Origin: the human T2T-CHM13v2.0 reference genome, Homo sapiens
Reading direction: 5' to 3' (one strand)
Length of the DNA: 64,000 bases
Assembly: GCF_009914755.1 (NCBI RefSeq)
Contig: NC_060927.1
Below the pieces are notes generated by a model that was given only the letters and a program-made list of their open reading frames with translations, did not search any database and had not been told where the DNA came from. Below, piece after piece: positions 42,754-54,931 of the stretch (position 1 is the first letter of the stretch; each line of letters begins with the position of its first letter). A program made the position numbers and the translations under genes.

Positions 42754-43328
42754 TGTTGGAAATAAATTTTCAGTGCCGCAAAAGAAATAGCCTTCAAACA
42801 TGAATTTTCTCAGCAAGGCAATTTTACTTCTATAGAAGGGTGCATCTCCTGGATGGAGCAATGGTGAGAGCACACCTGAACAAGTGAGGGAAAGGGGTTC
42901 TTATCCCTGATGCAGGTAGCCCCTACTGCTGTGTCATTCCCCCATTGGCTATGGTTGGACCACACAGTCTAAGCTAATTCTGACTGGCTATTTTAAAGAC
43001 AGCAAGGGTATGAGCCAGAGAGGCAGGGTGAGCAGTTTGGTGGGAATGATGGTTACAGAACAGGTGACTCAGGATGACTAAGAACAGAGTAGGTGACGAA
43101 GGGTGACTAAGGTCAGAGCAGGTGATAGAGGCTAGGAGGGGGTTGTTTACTGAAACTAGGCGCAAGGAGACATAAAGAATGAGGAAGTTAAACTTTATAA
43201 TGTAGAACAAAGAACAGGGGAGCTGAACATACTGATACATTGGTTCTTTGGAGAGGATCTCAGAACTTTATACTTAACAATTTACAGGCTAAAACCTTTG
43301 GACAGGAATTTATTATTATTATCCTACA
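42754..43328 (-). mobile_element. 3' LTR of provirus 1 (LTR10A-like)
   Basis: TG..CA ends; preceded on the minus strand by the PPT gaaaagggggaaat (43329-43342). Confidence 0.9.
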
Positions 43329-43342
43329 ATTTCCCCCTTTTC

Positions 43343-45343
43343 AATTTTCATAGTAGTTTCTCTTCAAACTTTTCTAACAGGTCTTGGCTTTGTTGTTCAA
43401 TTTAATCCTATAAAAGAAAAAACTGATCTGAATAAGGTGGAGGAGAGCTAAGGGAAGTTTTAGTAAGTGTTGCTTCTATAAGTCTTTATACTAGCCCACG
43501 GATGCATGGTATGACACAACACCCAACGAGAACGAGTACACCTACTAAGGCTGCAAGAGAAGAATTGAGGCTGTGATTTCTTTCCATTTACCAAACCATC
43601 CTTTCTAGCCACTCTGAGAAAGAGTTATCGACTCTAGAAGTTTAGCTAGTTTATTGGATAAAGCAGTAAGTCTTTGTAAGGCTCTTGTTATGCCCCCAGT
43701 GGGGGCAGTGTTGTTTGGGATAAAGGTACAACGCTGAGTTTTAATCATAACACCAACACCGCCTTTTGTGGCTAATATCATATCCAGGGCCATTTTGTTT
43801 CTCCAGGCCATCTGGCTGGTGAGCCCCAGTTGTTCTGTTATCCCTTTGACAGCAACCGTGGAATAATTAATAAACCACTGGTGATCATAATAGATGTAAT
43901 TTATCCAATCTATGTTTTTATTGTCACCCATGAAAATGCTGACTTAAATCCTGCAGCTATTTGATCTCGGGCTTTAAATTCATCCGGTTCTCCTCATAGA
44001 ACTCCAATAGTGTTTATATAAACATGGGGGTCAAAGGACCCACGTGAGGCACTTCTTTTACAATTTTTTTTTTATCATATTGACAGAATGCTAGGGTGAA
44101 AGGGATGGCCAGTTGGACTAGAGCATGAGTGCTGCTCTAATTACTTGGCAGAGTACCCAGCAGTAGTCCCCAGCAATACCACCACACATCTGCTCGGGGA
44201 TGAACAAGGGCAGACTGATTGGTAAGCTCTTCAAAAGACCTGGTTTCACTGCACCCTGTTAAGTCTCCAAGGAATGCTAACTTTTCCCCCTGCCGTGAAA
44301 GGCATGAGGTGAAGTTAACATCAGGGGCTGGAGGCCGGATAGTCTTCAGGGCTGACCCGCAGGGCTCTTGACCTCAGGGAACAGCAGTGAAAGAGTCTTG
44401 CATGACTCACCACCCCAGGCTGTGGGGTTCTGGAAGAGAGCTACCACACAGCTCGTGCCCGGTCTGTGAGAGGACCACCCAAGTGGAAAGGGAACAATTT
44501 GGGTCTCTGGCCTGCCTGTCACACAAGTGTAACAGGCGCTTTTGTTTAGCCTGCAAACAGAATGTTTAATCCATTCCAGCCAAGCATTTGCGTCCTGATA
44601 CCCTGTTTCAGTTGCTATGGTTTGTTTTGAATCTTTAACCTGTACAACAATTACTTTGGTTTTATCATTGGGTATATAACGAGAGAAGGTTTGGTTACCG
44701 GAGAACTAAGGAGAGGGAGAAGTGGGTGCAGGAGGTGAGGAGGCGACGAAGTGCATTGCAAAGGATCCCATGGGGTCCTTCCCTGAGACTTCTGCTCCAA
44801 TACCATAGAAACAGCTTAATGAAGGGGAAGAACTCTGGGGAGCAGCGATGGTAATCTGTACTGGATTACATTGGTTCAGCTGACAATGGGGAGGGTTAAC
44901 TCTTGTAGTAAAATGAATATATGGTTTTAAGAAACTGCAAGTACTAGTTGGGGTGGTCCATCCTTGCTCTTCAGTATTTTACAGAGCATTGGACCAACTT
45001 CGGCAGAGAAGCTCTGCTCTAGGAGGACAAGATTCCCAGTTCATACTAGAATCTTCGTCAAACTCATCCCAAACTAACCTATCCCAGTTAACAGATTTCC
45101 AGTCTGAGGAGAGCTAGGAAGGATAAAGATACTTTTCTGAAGTGGAGAGTTACCTCTGGTTAGGCAAATCTCCACAGGGCATCACAAGGCAAGCATCAAA
45201 AGTAGTAGTTTGGGGTGAACTTGACCTAGTTACATTACTAATGAGAGGTCTAGCAATCGAAGGGGAAAAGAAAGAGATGCAATGTAAGAGGATCAAACCA
45301 AGCTTTAGCTTCGTTGGAGTTGGCCCAGGAATAGCTGCCCATG
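43343..45343 (-). pseudogene. env: env pseudogene of provirus 1 (stops and frameshifts)
   Basis: TM segment NIDWINYIYY...QMAWRNKMALDMILATKGGVGVMIKTQRCTFIPNNT (ISD and decayed CX6CC); SU segment FDACLVMPCGDL. Confidence 0.9.
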
Positions 45344-46400
45344 ATTCTGGAGGGGGTCGTGTTCTTTTGACCCAGGTGTGATGAGTCCATCTTCTTTCTG
45401 CTGTTCAAACTGCAGTCTCGGTGGTTAGAAGCACTAGGAAGTGTTCTTCCCAAGCCAGTTCGAGTTTTCCTTCCCTCCAACTTTTGACGAGGATGTGGTC
45501 CTCAGGCTGATGTTGGTGTACTGGAAACTCTAGGGGTGGCGCGTGTGCTGAAAGACCTTTAGTTCTGAGGGAAGAGAAAGTGGAAGAAAGACCAAGTATA
45601 TAATTTCTGAGAAACTGATCATTTTTTTTTTAATGTGGGAATGTAATCAGTGGAATGCAAACAGGGCAACCTGTACAACACTTCATAAGGGGATAAGCCA
45701 ACATCTCTCCAAGGAGCTGTTCAGATTCTCAACAGGGCAATGGGAAGGCATCTAGTCCATGGCAACCGAGTCTCTAAGACTAATTTGGTTAGGTGGCTTT
45801 TTTTATAGTTTGGTTCATTCTTTCCACTCTTCCTGATGAAGGTAGGTGCCAGGGAATATGATATTTCCATGTTATATCCAGTACCTGGGCTAATTTCTTA
45901 ATGACATGTGCAGTGAAATGAGTCGTATTATCTGAATCAATGTTTTCTATTAATCTAAACTTGGGTATAATATTTTCAAATAATGCCTTAACTACATTAT
46001 TAGCAGTTGTACTTGAAAAGGAAATAGCTTCTACCCAATGAGTAAGGTGAGCTACTATTACTAATAAATACTTTAGACGACCAATTGGAGGCATGTCTGT
46101 GTAATCAATGTGGATACTTTGGAATGGCCTTAAGCCTGGACTCCTTCCCCCAAGGGGCAATCTATTTATAGTTTGTTTATTCATTTTCTTACATACTAAG
46201 CAACTGTCTGTAACTGGCCAGGGTATAAATTCCTATGCACCCATAAACTCTGAGGAATGAATCACACATGGCTTGGAGCTCCCAATGGGTCCCTTGATGC
46301 AGCTGGAACAAGATTTTTCTCATAAGGGTTTGGATAACATTTCTCTGTGGTCTGGCAATATCCATTTTCCTTGTGAATTCTCTTCAGCACCTATTTTTGT
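45310..46400 (-). pseudogene. pol: Integrase remnant of provirus 1
   Basis: HHCC (LHQGTHW...CLVC) and core PFQSIHIDYT...IDSDNTTHF...SSGRVERMNQT. Confidence 0.92.
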
Positions 46401-47390
46401 TTTTAGATCAAAGAAAGCCAAACACCATTTTATATTTGACAATACTTCCTGTATGATTTTATACCAGATAAGCTAAATTTCACCTTTATATTAGTGTGTT
46501 ATTAATGTTAAACTCAATTTTAATAAAACCTTGTAGACATATTTATCCAATTTTAATGCCTGACGATAAGGTAAGATTTTTATAGACTCTTTTTAACCCT
46601 TTATAATTTTTGTTAAAGAGCAGGTTAGTGCTTTAAGAAAAACCTGTTGTGCTTTTATTTTAATGTCCAGTTGACAGAAAAACTGGATGATACCCCTTTA
46701 ACTTTAGCCAATATGTTTACACACAGAATTTCCATTACAGTTAATGTTTCAAAACTTGCTTAAACCTTTAAAATAATTTTTTAACCTTTTAATGTAGGTA
46801 AAAATCCATATTCTTTTGCCTCCTTATAATCCTTTTACCAAAAGTATATTTTACTTTCCTTACACACCTTGCACATAAACTGTTTCTTCAATAGTTTTAC
46901 ATTCAGGAGGCCTAATTACTTTTAAATTATACATTTCTTGAACAAATTTCCTTTTATAACATTGTTGATGACTTTCACAGACAATCTTTGACATGCCTTA
47001 ACCTTCTGACTTGTTGTAAACATCTCTTCCCAACAACCAGTTAATTTACTTTAGGACAAGAATTTACCATATAAGATTCCTTTTACATAAATTATCCTTT
47101 TTTAATGTCAAAGATGATAACCGTTCTTTTCCGAAGCAAACTTCCTTTATGTCTGTGGACTAGAGTGCCTAAGTCTACATGATTAGAAATTAGGATAATA
47201 CACGTTACACTGTTAACTTTTAGCAAATTTTACTTTTGTTGATAACCTTTTAAGTTTGGGATTTTAATTATGTGATAGGTGTACAGCCTAAGATCTAGAG
47301 AGAAGTGCAGACAAGGTCTGGCTTATTCTAAAATTTAACTCCATGTGTCCTAGGTTTTACCTAGCTGCAAAGCAGGCCAGTTGTACAGCT
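46400..47390. other. ~1 kb non-coding AT-rich insert between RNase H and integrase
   Basis: No ORF; homologous to 55295-55951 plus 58210-58470 in provirus 2. Confidence 0.85.
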
Positions 47391-47391
47391 A

Positions 47392-49280
47392 AGAAATGGT
47401 AGTCTGTCTGGCTATCTGATCTTCTAGGTTATTTCCTTGACTTTAAAAAGAAAGGCTTTTTTGGTGTCCGGGGACATGGTCAATAGCTGTTTCTTTTGGC
47501 AGCTGAAGGTTAGTTAATACTTGGGTGATTAATTCCTTATGGACCAAGTCTTGGCATTTGCTATTAATAAGACCTCGTTCAGTCCAAATTTTTCCAAATG
47601 TATGAGCCACTCCAAAGGCGTACTTAGAATCTGTATAGATGGTTCCTTCCTGGTTCTGTAAGTCCTTTAAGGCTTGGCTGAGTGCAAACAGCTCACATGT
47701 TTGAGCAGACCAATTATTAGGCAATTTTCCTAACTCTATTTCTACAAGAGTTTCTCTATCAATTACTGAATACCCATTGTATCTTTTTCCCTCTATCACC
47801 TGGGAGGAACCATCTATAAAGTGTTGTCCCGTCCTGAAGGGAGTTTCTCCTAGGTCTGGTCGGACCTTTGTATGGTAATTAATTAAAACTAAACATGTGT
47901 GCTCTCTCTTTTGATATAGATCCCCTGTTAGGAAACCTGCTGGGTTAAGTGAATTATCAGTGGTTAATGTTAAATCATCTTTTTCTAAGAGAATAGCCTC
48001 ATACTTTAAGATTCTGGAGTCAGTAAGCCACCTTTCTGCTTTCTGACTTAGGATAGTTCTGACCTGGTGAGGTGTGTTCACAATGAGGTTTCCTCCAAAA
48101 CTTATTTTTCTACTTTCTTCTGTTAGCAAAGCAGTTGCTGCTACAGATTGAATGCATCTGGGCCATCCGTGGGTTACTGGCTTAAGGATTTTTGATAGGA
48201 AGACTACGGGTTGTCAGTGGCCTCCATGCTTTTGGGTAAGTACTTCTAGGGCTACGCCCTTGTTTACAGTGGCAAAAAGATGGAAAGGCTGCTTAAGGAG
48301 GGTAAAGCTAGGACGGGGGCAGTTACTAATAGATGTTTTAATCTTCCCACCTATTGGATTTCTGGTAATTGCCCAATGAGGCGGTTTAGCCCGTCTTTCA
48401 TGAGCTTTTTGTATAAGCGTTTTGTTTTTAAGGCATAAGAGTCTATCCATAGATGACAGTAACTGACTCATTCTAACATTTTCTAAGTTCTTGTTTAGTC
48501 TCCGGCAGAGGCAAGGATATGATGCCTTCAATCCATTCAAACTCAGTTTTCCATTTGCCTTTGTTAATTAAATGACTTGTTCAAATATTTGACTAAATAA
48601 ATTTGGAGACTCCATAAACCCTTGGGATAAGACTGTCTATCAGTATTGCTATTTTTGACCAGAGTGAGGGTCTTCTCACTGAAAGGCAAATAGGTCCCGG
48701 CTGTCCTCTGCTAATGGACAAGCCCAGAAGGCATCTTTTAAATTTATTACTGTAAACCAGTGGTGACAGCTTGGGATCCTACTGATAATAGTATAAGGAT
48801 TGGGAACAACAGGGTGTGTAGTTTGGATTATTTGATTAATAGCTGTAAGGTCTTGTACTGACCAGTATGACCCATCTGGCTTCTTTACAGGCAGTATTGG
48901 AGTGTTATAGGGAGACATACAGGGTTTCAGAAGCCCATCACAGAGAAGACCTTCAATTATCAATTATATGTTTTAAATTTACCCTGGCTTTTAAAGGAAT
49001 AGGGTACACTGCTTTCGCTTTACTACTTCCCCAGGGGTTTTTAATTTAACATGAATCAGAGGAATCTGTAACTTTCCTTGATTCCCATCTATTGACCATA
49101 CCTTGGGATAAATGTGTTCTTCGTCTGCGGTGGTGAGCAAGTTTAGGGAGGGGAGGAATTTTCCATGATTGATTTGTAGGCCTAAGCCTAATTCTAGCAT
49201 TAAATCTCTTCCTAAAAGATTTTTCTCTGCTTCCAGAATTAACAGGCATCTAATATTAGCTGATTTGCTTTTATATATGA
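47392..49280 (-). pseudogene. pol: pro-RT-RNase H remnant of provirus 1
   Basis: GRDLM (protease C-terminus); SPYNTPILPVKK..QDL..LKDAF (RT); FIDGSS..SAQTCEL..IYTDSKY..HVPGH (RNase H); YxDD region deleted. Confidence 0.93.
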
Positions 49281-50437
49281 CTTTTGTTCTTTTTCCCATT
49301 TGGGACATTCTCTTTTGAAGTGACCTATTTTTAATTTGAAACATTTGTTTTGTCTTCTTTCTCTCCCTTTGCTCCTCCCTCTCTCTTTGCCTCTTTTTTC
49401 TCCTCCTCTCTCTCTCTGCCTCTCTGTCTCTCTTTCTCTCTCTCTTACTGTCTCTCTCTCTCCCTGACTCCCTCTGTTCCCTCTGTCAGTCCTTTTCTCT
49501 CTAAGATTTTTTTTTTCCACCTTTGAGTCTCCTGGCTTTACTCTCTTGTACCCTTTATGTTGCCTGGAGGATGGAGGTCTAGGTTCTTTATAGGTTCTGG
49601 CCCCCTGGATACTTTGTTATACGGTTGAAAGCAGAATTTTTGCCTTCTGCTTTCATTTTTCTTTATCTTTTCTTACATATACTTTTTGGGCTTCTCTTAG
49701 AAGCTCTTCTATAGGTTTATCTTTCTAGTTCTCTATCTTTTGTAATTTCTTGTTAATGTCTGGCCAACTGTTAGTGACAAAATGAAGTCTTAACATTCCC
49801 TGCCCAAGAGGATCCTCAAGACCTAGACCAGCATATTTTCTCATTTGTTCCTTTAATTTGTCTAAAAATTCTATAGGCCCTTCATCTTCCCCTTGCTGTA
49901 CGTCAAATGTTTGGGTAAGATTCTGGGTTCGGGGTACTGATTCTTTAATGCCCTTTATTATCAATTCCCTAAGGTCTTGCATATTTTCTTGGTTGGCTGC
50001 ATTGTTATTGTCCCACCGGGGCTCTTGGGTGGGAAATTTTTGATCTGCTGTAGGAATATTTTGGCTGGGAGGGTATTCACATACCTGACCTCCCATTGCA
50101 GCTCTATGGATTATGCCTCTTTCTTCTCCCAAGAAGAGGGGAAAGGAAAGCTCTGACCATCCTTTTTACATTGCTCTGTCTCACATTGAAGTCCTTTTAG
50201 GAATGGGTACTCAAGCTGGTAGTAAGTGGGCCTTTGGGATGATTCCCAAGAGGCAGGGTTATAAGGAGGGGGACAACAGGGATAGGAGAATGTTCTGAAA
50301 CAGCAGTTGCTTTTTCTTGTTTTTGGTTTTATCCTTCTAATATTTTAATATTAGGCCTAGGGGATTATTAGGGGGAGTATTATTGTTGCTAGCTTTATCC
50401 TTTTTATCTCTTACCTTACTTGGGGTATTTCACACCT
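49280..50437 (-). pseudogene. gag: gag remnant of provirus 1
   Basis: Capsid ORF 49725-50132 with MHR-like VQQGEDEGPIEFLDKLKE; decayed zinc knuckle CFKLKIGHFKRECPK; N-terminal NTPSK with no intact start codon. Confidence 0.88.
49350..49502. repeat. CT/GA-rich microsatellite inside gag
   Basis: Visible directly. Confidence 0.9.
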
Positions 50438-50443
50438 TGATGG

Positions 50444-50575
50444 TTTTGGGGTGAGGCTCAATTTCCCTTACTGGAAATTTCTTGCCTTTTGGGGTGAGGC
50501 TCAATTTCTCCTACTGGAAATTTCTCCCCTTTTGGGGTGAGGCTCAATCCCCCCAGTGGAGATTCCTCACTTCTT
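50444..50575. repeat. 3 x 43-bp leader tandem repeat with internal inverted repeat
   Basis: gtgaggctcaat starts at 50451, 50494 and 50537. Confidence 0.92.
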
Positions 50576-50952
50576 TTTAACCTCCAGGACACCCTGAGCA
50601 AGGAGTACTTCACCACCCCTGCAACTTTTCCTGCCTTGGTATGTCCCGACCAAGGAATACTTCACTGCCTCTGCGGCTTTTCTTACCTTGGCCCTGACCA
50701 CCAAGAAAATACTTTGCCGCTTTTGCGATGTTTCTTACCTGGGTCTGTGCACAGAGTTACCTGGTCGCCGTGGTATGTAAGAATCCTTTCCCCAAGCTGC
50801 CAGCCTGTTTCTTCCTGCATCGCTGAGAGTCCAGGTTTATTCATCACACCAGGTGGGTCTTGATTCCTTACCCCTGAGGCCGCCACAACAAGGCAGTGGG
50901 GCACGCCTTCTCATGGGAGAGGCAGAAGACCCTTTCCCAGAGGAGAATGGGA

Positions 50953-50970
50953 ATCCTAGATGAACCCCCA
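50953..50970 (-). other. Primer binding site, tRNA-Pro type
   Basis: TGGGGGTTCATCTAGGAT vs canonical TGGGGGCTCGTCCGGGAT (14/18). Confidence 0.85.
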
Positions 50971-50974
50971 AATT

Positions 50975-51549
50975 TGTTGGAAATAAATTTTCAGTGCTGC
51001 AAAAGAAATAGCACTCTAATATGAATTTTCTCAGCAAAGAAATTTTACTTCTAAAGAAGGGTGCGTCTCACAGATGGAGCAATGGCGAGAGCACACCTAA
51101 ACAAGGGGGAGGGGAAGGGGTTCTTATCCCTGACACAGGTAGCCCCTACTGCTGTGTTGTTTCCCTATTGGCTAGGTTTGGACCACACAGTCTAAGCTAA
51201 TTCCGATTGGCTATTTTAAAGAAAGCGGGAGTATGAGCCAGAGTGGCAGGGTGAGTAGTTTGGCAGGAAGGATGGTTACAGAGCAGGTGATTCAGGATGA
51301 CTAAGAACAGAGTAGGTGACCAAGGGTGACTAAGATCAGAGCAGGTGATAGAGGCTAGGAGGGGGTTGTTCACTGAAACTGGGGGCAAGGAGACGTAAAG
51401 AACGAGGAAGTCAAACTTTAAAATGAAGAACAAAGAACAGAGGAGCTGAACATACTGATACATTGATTTCTTGGAGAGGATCTCAGAACTCATTATACTT
51501 AACAATTTACAGGCTAAAACCTTTGAAGAGGAATTTATTACGTCTTACA
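50975..51549 (-). mobile_element. 5' LTR of provirus 1 (LTR10A-like)
   Basis: Direct repeat of 42754-43328; I count ~13 differences in the first ~118 bp. Confidence 0.9.
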
Positions 51550-52009
51550 GGAATTTGTCACCAGTAGCCTAAATAACTGCTTTGCACCCCATTGCCATCT
51601 TATTAGTAGAGAAGCATCTTAGGGGATCCCATGGAAAATTTTGCTCAGGGTTCCTGAGGCCTCTTGTGGTGCTAAACTCTATGGGATAAATATTTAAAGA
51701 GCACATTGCAACTTTCTTCCTCATGCAGCCAGTCCAACAAGGATCTATGTGCCTGGGCTGGGCTGGGTGAGGCATTTATAGGCAGGCATATCAGATTCAC
51801 ACACCCTAAGGATTTCACATTTCATCTAGTCCGGTGCCTCTACACTGGCAAAGAAAACTGGTGTTCTATGAGTTAAACCAAAGTGCCCATCATTACAAGT
51901 GAACAGTGACAGTTTTAATTTATAGGGAAAAAATGGATACGTACTCTCAATGTCAAGCTCTTTCCTTTAAACTTTTCTGAATTATTTAATTCCTGCAACA
52001 TTACCCTTT

Positions 52010-52599
52010 ATTATTAATTCATCTTTATGCTCATTTATTAAACAAATGTGTTTGATAAGTCTACTATGAACATGTGCCAGGTTTTGTGTTAAGGGCCTAA
52101 AATATTACTATACAAAAACAAGACATCTTCTGCTCTCATGAGATCTCTACATCTAATGATGTAGACACTAATCAAGTTGTTACACCTGTGGAGTCAGGCT
52201 GTTCAGATCCCAGCATCTCCACTTACTAGCTGAATCACCTTCTTAAAACTGCATAATCTAGTGCCTCTGATTCCATGCATATAAAATGGTTATATATCTC
52301 ATTTTGTGTTGTGAGGCTAAAATGAGATGCTAGACTCCAAGCACTTGGAATATTGTCCTCACACTGTAAATGGAAATAAATGCTAATGCTTGTCATTTTA
52401 AGCAAACATACAAATAAATATATGTTTGGGTTGGGACAATTGTTATGAAGGAAAGGAAAAGGTGTCCATGAGAAAATGAAAAGGAGAGACCTGCTTTAAG
52501 TAATTTAGCAATACTACCTTGAGAAAGGGCTGAGATTTGAAAAATGGAAAGTCTGCAAGTAGAGTTTGGAAGAACATTCTAGCCAAAGGGAATAGTGTG
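52010..52599 (-). mobile_element. L2 fragment (with nested MIR 52190-52400), resuming at 60729
   Basis: ctcatttattaaacaaatg...tgtgccagg...agaacattctagccaaagggaatag|...ggcccc. Confidence 0.7.
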
Positions 52600-53129
52600 T
52601 GTTACAAAGTTTTGGTGCCACAAAAGAAATAGCACTCGAATATAAAATTTTCTTTTTAATTCTCAGCAAGGCAAGTGACTTCTATAGAAGGGTGTGCCCT
52701 TACAGATGGAACAATGGTGAGCACACACTTGGACAAGGGAGGGGAAGGGGTTCTTATCCCTCATACATGTGGCCCCTGTTGCTGTGTCATTGCCCTATTG
52801 GCTAGGGTTAGATGCACAGGCTCAACTAATTCCGATTGGCTAATTTAAAGAGAATGACGGGGTGAGTGCTTTGGCAGGAAAAATGGTTGGTTATGCAGGG
52901 TGGAGAATAAGTTAGGGTGGAGCAGGTAGCAGGTAATCAGAATGAGTCAGGGTGGAGCAGGTAATCAGAATGAGTCAGAGTGGAGCAGGTGATTGAAATG
53001 AGTCAGGATGGAGCAGGTAATCAAAAAAGGTTGCTTTAGGAGGAAGTTAAGTTTAAAAGTAGAAGGCAAAGAAGTGAACATACTGACATATTGATTCTTT
53101 GAAAAGAGATTTAGAACTCACATCTAACA
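52600..53129 (-). mobile_element. 3' LTR of provirus 2 (LTR10F-like)
   Basis: Minus strand starts tgttagatgtgagttctaaatc; PPT aagaggaggg adjacent. Confidence 0.9.
52928..53022. promoter_or_regulatory. 28-bp VNTR with three AP-1 (TGAGTCA) sites
   Basis: TGAGTCA at 52943, 52971 and 52999. Confidence 0.85.
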
Positions 53130-53139
53130 AGCCCTCCTC

Positions 53140-54930
53140 TTGCATTTTCTTACAGCTCTTTCTTTCAAACATTTTTGAACATGTCTTGGCTCAGTTGTTT
53201 TGTTTGATTTTCCAAAAGAAAAAGCTTCTCCGGTTAAGGTGGAGGATAGTTAAGGGAGGTTTTAGTAAGTGCTGTTTCTATGAGCTTCTGCACCAACACC
53301 TGGATGCATGGTATGACACAGCACCCGACAAGAATAAGTACACCCATTACGGCTGCGAGGGAAGTAAGAATTGAGGCTATTATTCCTTTCTATTTACCGA
53401 ACCACTTTTCTAGCCATCCCGTAAAGGGGTCACTTACCCCTGAGTTGTTGGCTAACTCATTGGACAGAGCAGTCAGACCCTGCAATGCCTTTGTTATACT
53501 TCCATCAGGGACAGTGTTGTTTGGGATGAAGGTACAACACTGAGTTTTAATCATGATGCAAACTCCTCCTCTTTCTGCTATATCATGTCTAAGACTATCC
53601 TATTTTCTCAAGCCATCTGGCTAGTAGCCCCTAATTGCTCAGCTATTCTTTTAACAGCATCTGTAGTGTAGTTAATAAATTGCTGTTGTAGTAGATGTAG
53701 TTTATCCAATCTACATTTTTATTAATTTGTCACTCATGAAAATATTGACTCAAATCCTGCAGCTATTTGATTTTGGGCTTTAAATTGATCTGGTATTACC
53801 CTTGGGACTGTAATTGTGTCTAAATAGATGTCAAATAAAACTGTGTCTAAATAGTAAAAAGACCCATAAGGGGCTTCTCCCACTTTATGATGTCTTATTT
53901 TTTCCTTCCTCTGGTTGATGAAATGCCAGCATGAAAGAGATATCCAATTGGACTAAAGCACAAGTGCCATTCCAGTTATTTGGCAGAGTGTCCAGTAAAG
54001 GTCCACCACAATACCACCACATATCCGCTCAGGGATGAACAAGGGCTGACTGATTGATAAGCTCTTGAAAATTCTTAAGCTCACTGCATCCCTTCAGGTC
54101 CCCAAGGAATGCTGTTTCCTCTCTGCCATGAGAGATAGGAAGTGAACTTAGTGTTGGGAGATGGAAGCTGGATGGCCTTCGGGGGCTGACCCACAGGGTG
54201 CTGGACTTCGGGATATAGCAGAGAGAGAGGTTGGCATGACTTGTTGCTCTAGGCTGTACAATCCTGGAAAAGAGCTACCATGCAGCCCACACCTGGTCAA
54301 CTGGAGGACCAGATTAGTGGAAAGGGGACAATTTGGGCCTCAGGCCTGCCATGCACACAAGCATAACAATTGCTTTTGTTTAACGTGCAGATGGAATATT
54401 TGAGCCATTCCAACCAGGCATTTGCATCTTGGTATGCTGTCTTAATTGCCAAAGTTTGTTTTAAGTCTTTAACTTCTACAATCCTCTAGTAAAATGAACG
54501 TATGGTTTTAGGAAATTACAAAAACCAGTTGGGGCAGTCCATCCTTGCTCTTTAGTGGTCCACAGAATGTTGGTCCAATGACAGCATAAAAGCTCTACAT
54601 TAGGGGGCAAGACTCCTCATTGACACTGAGGTCTTTATCGAAATCTCCCCGGATTAAATGGTCCCAATTTACTAAGGTCCAGTCTGAGGAGAGTCACAAG
54701 GGACAGAGGTACTTTTCTGAAGTAGAGAGCAGTCTTTGACTTGGCGAGTCCCCACAGGGTATAACAAGGCAAGCATTCAATGCGGTAGTTTGAGGCGAAA
54801 TTGACTTGGTTGTGTTACAACTAGATGGTCAGCAATAGAGTGAGGAAAGAAGAAAGAGGAATAAAATAGATGAAAGAGAGTTAAATTTTTCTTAGCTTTA
54901 GTTTGGTAGGGTTTTCCCCTGGGACCATGG
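53140..54930 (-). pseudogene. env: env pseudogene of provirus 2
   Basis: KNVDWINYIYY...SQMA*ENRIVLDMI..GGVCIMIKTQCCTFIPNNT, with stops and frameshifts. Confidence 0.88.
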
Positions 54931-54931
54931 C

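Larger units (their letters stand above)
42754..51549 (-). mobile_element. Provirus 1: HERV-I/HERV-IP10-type ERV, two LTRs, defective
   Basis: Paired LTRs, exact TSD GGAA (42750-42753, 51550-51553), Pro-type PBS, PPT, gag-pol-env remnants. Confidence 0.95.

Noticed and set aside
43343-45343. Domesticated syncytin-like env (also 53140-54930)
   Set aside because: Multiple stops and frameshifts; the longest TM ORF is 108 aa with CX6CC destroyed in provirus 1
46388-47365. AT-rich insert as a spliceable intron restoring Pol
   Set aside because: The candidate donor (AG/GTAAAA) and acceptor (aaaaatag/G) are weak, with no adjacent polypyrimidine tract, and frame restoration cannot be shown
47443-48129. 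228-aa ORF as a functional RNase H gene
   Set aside because: An open stretch within a disrupted pol with no evidence of independent expression
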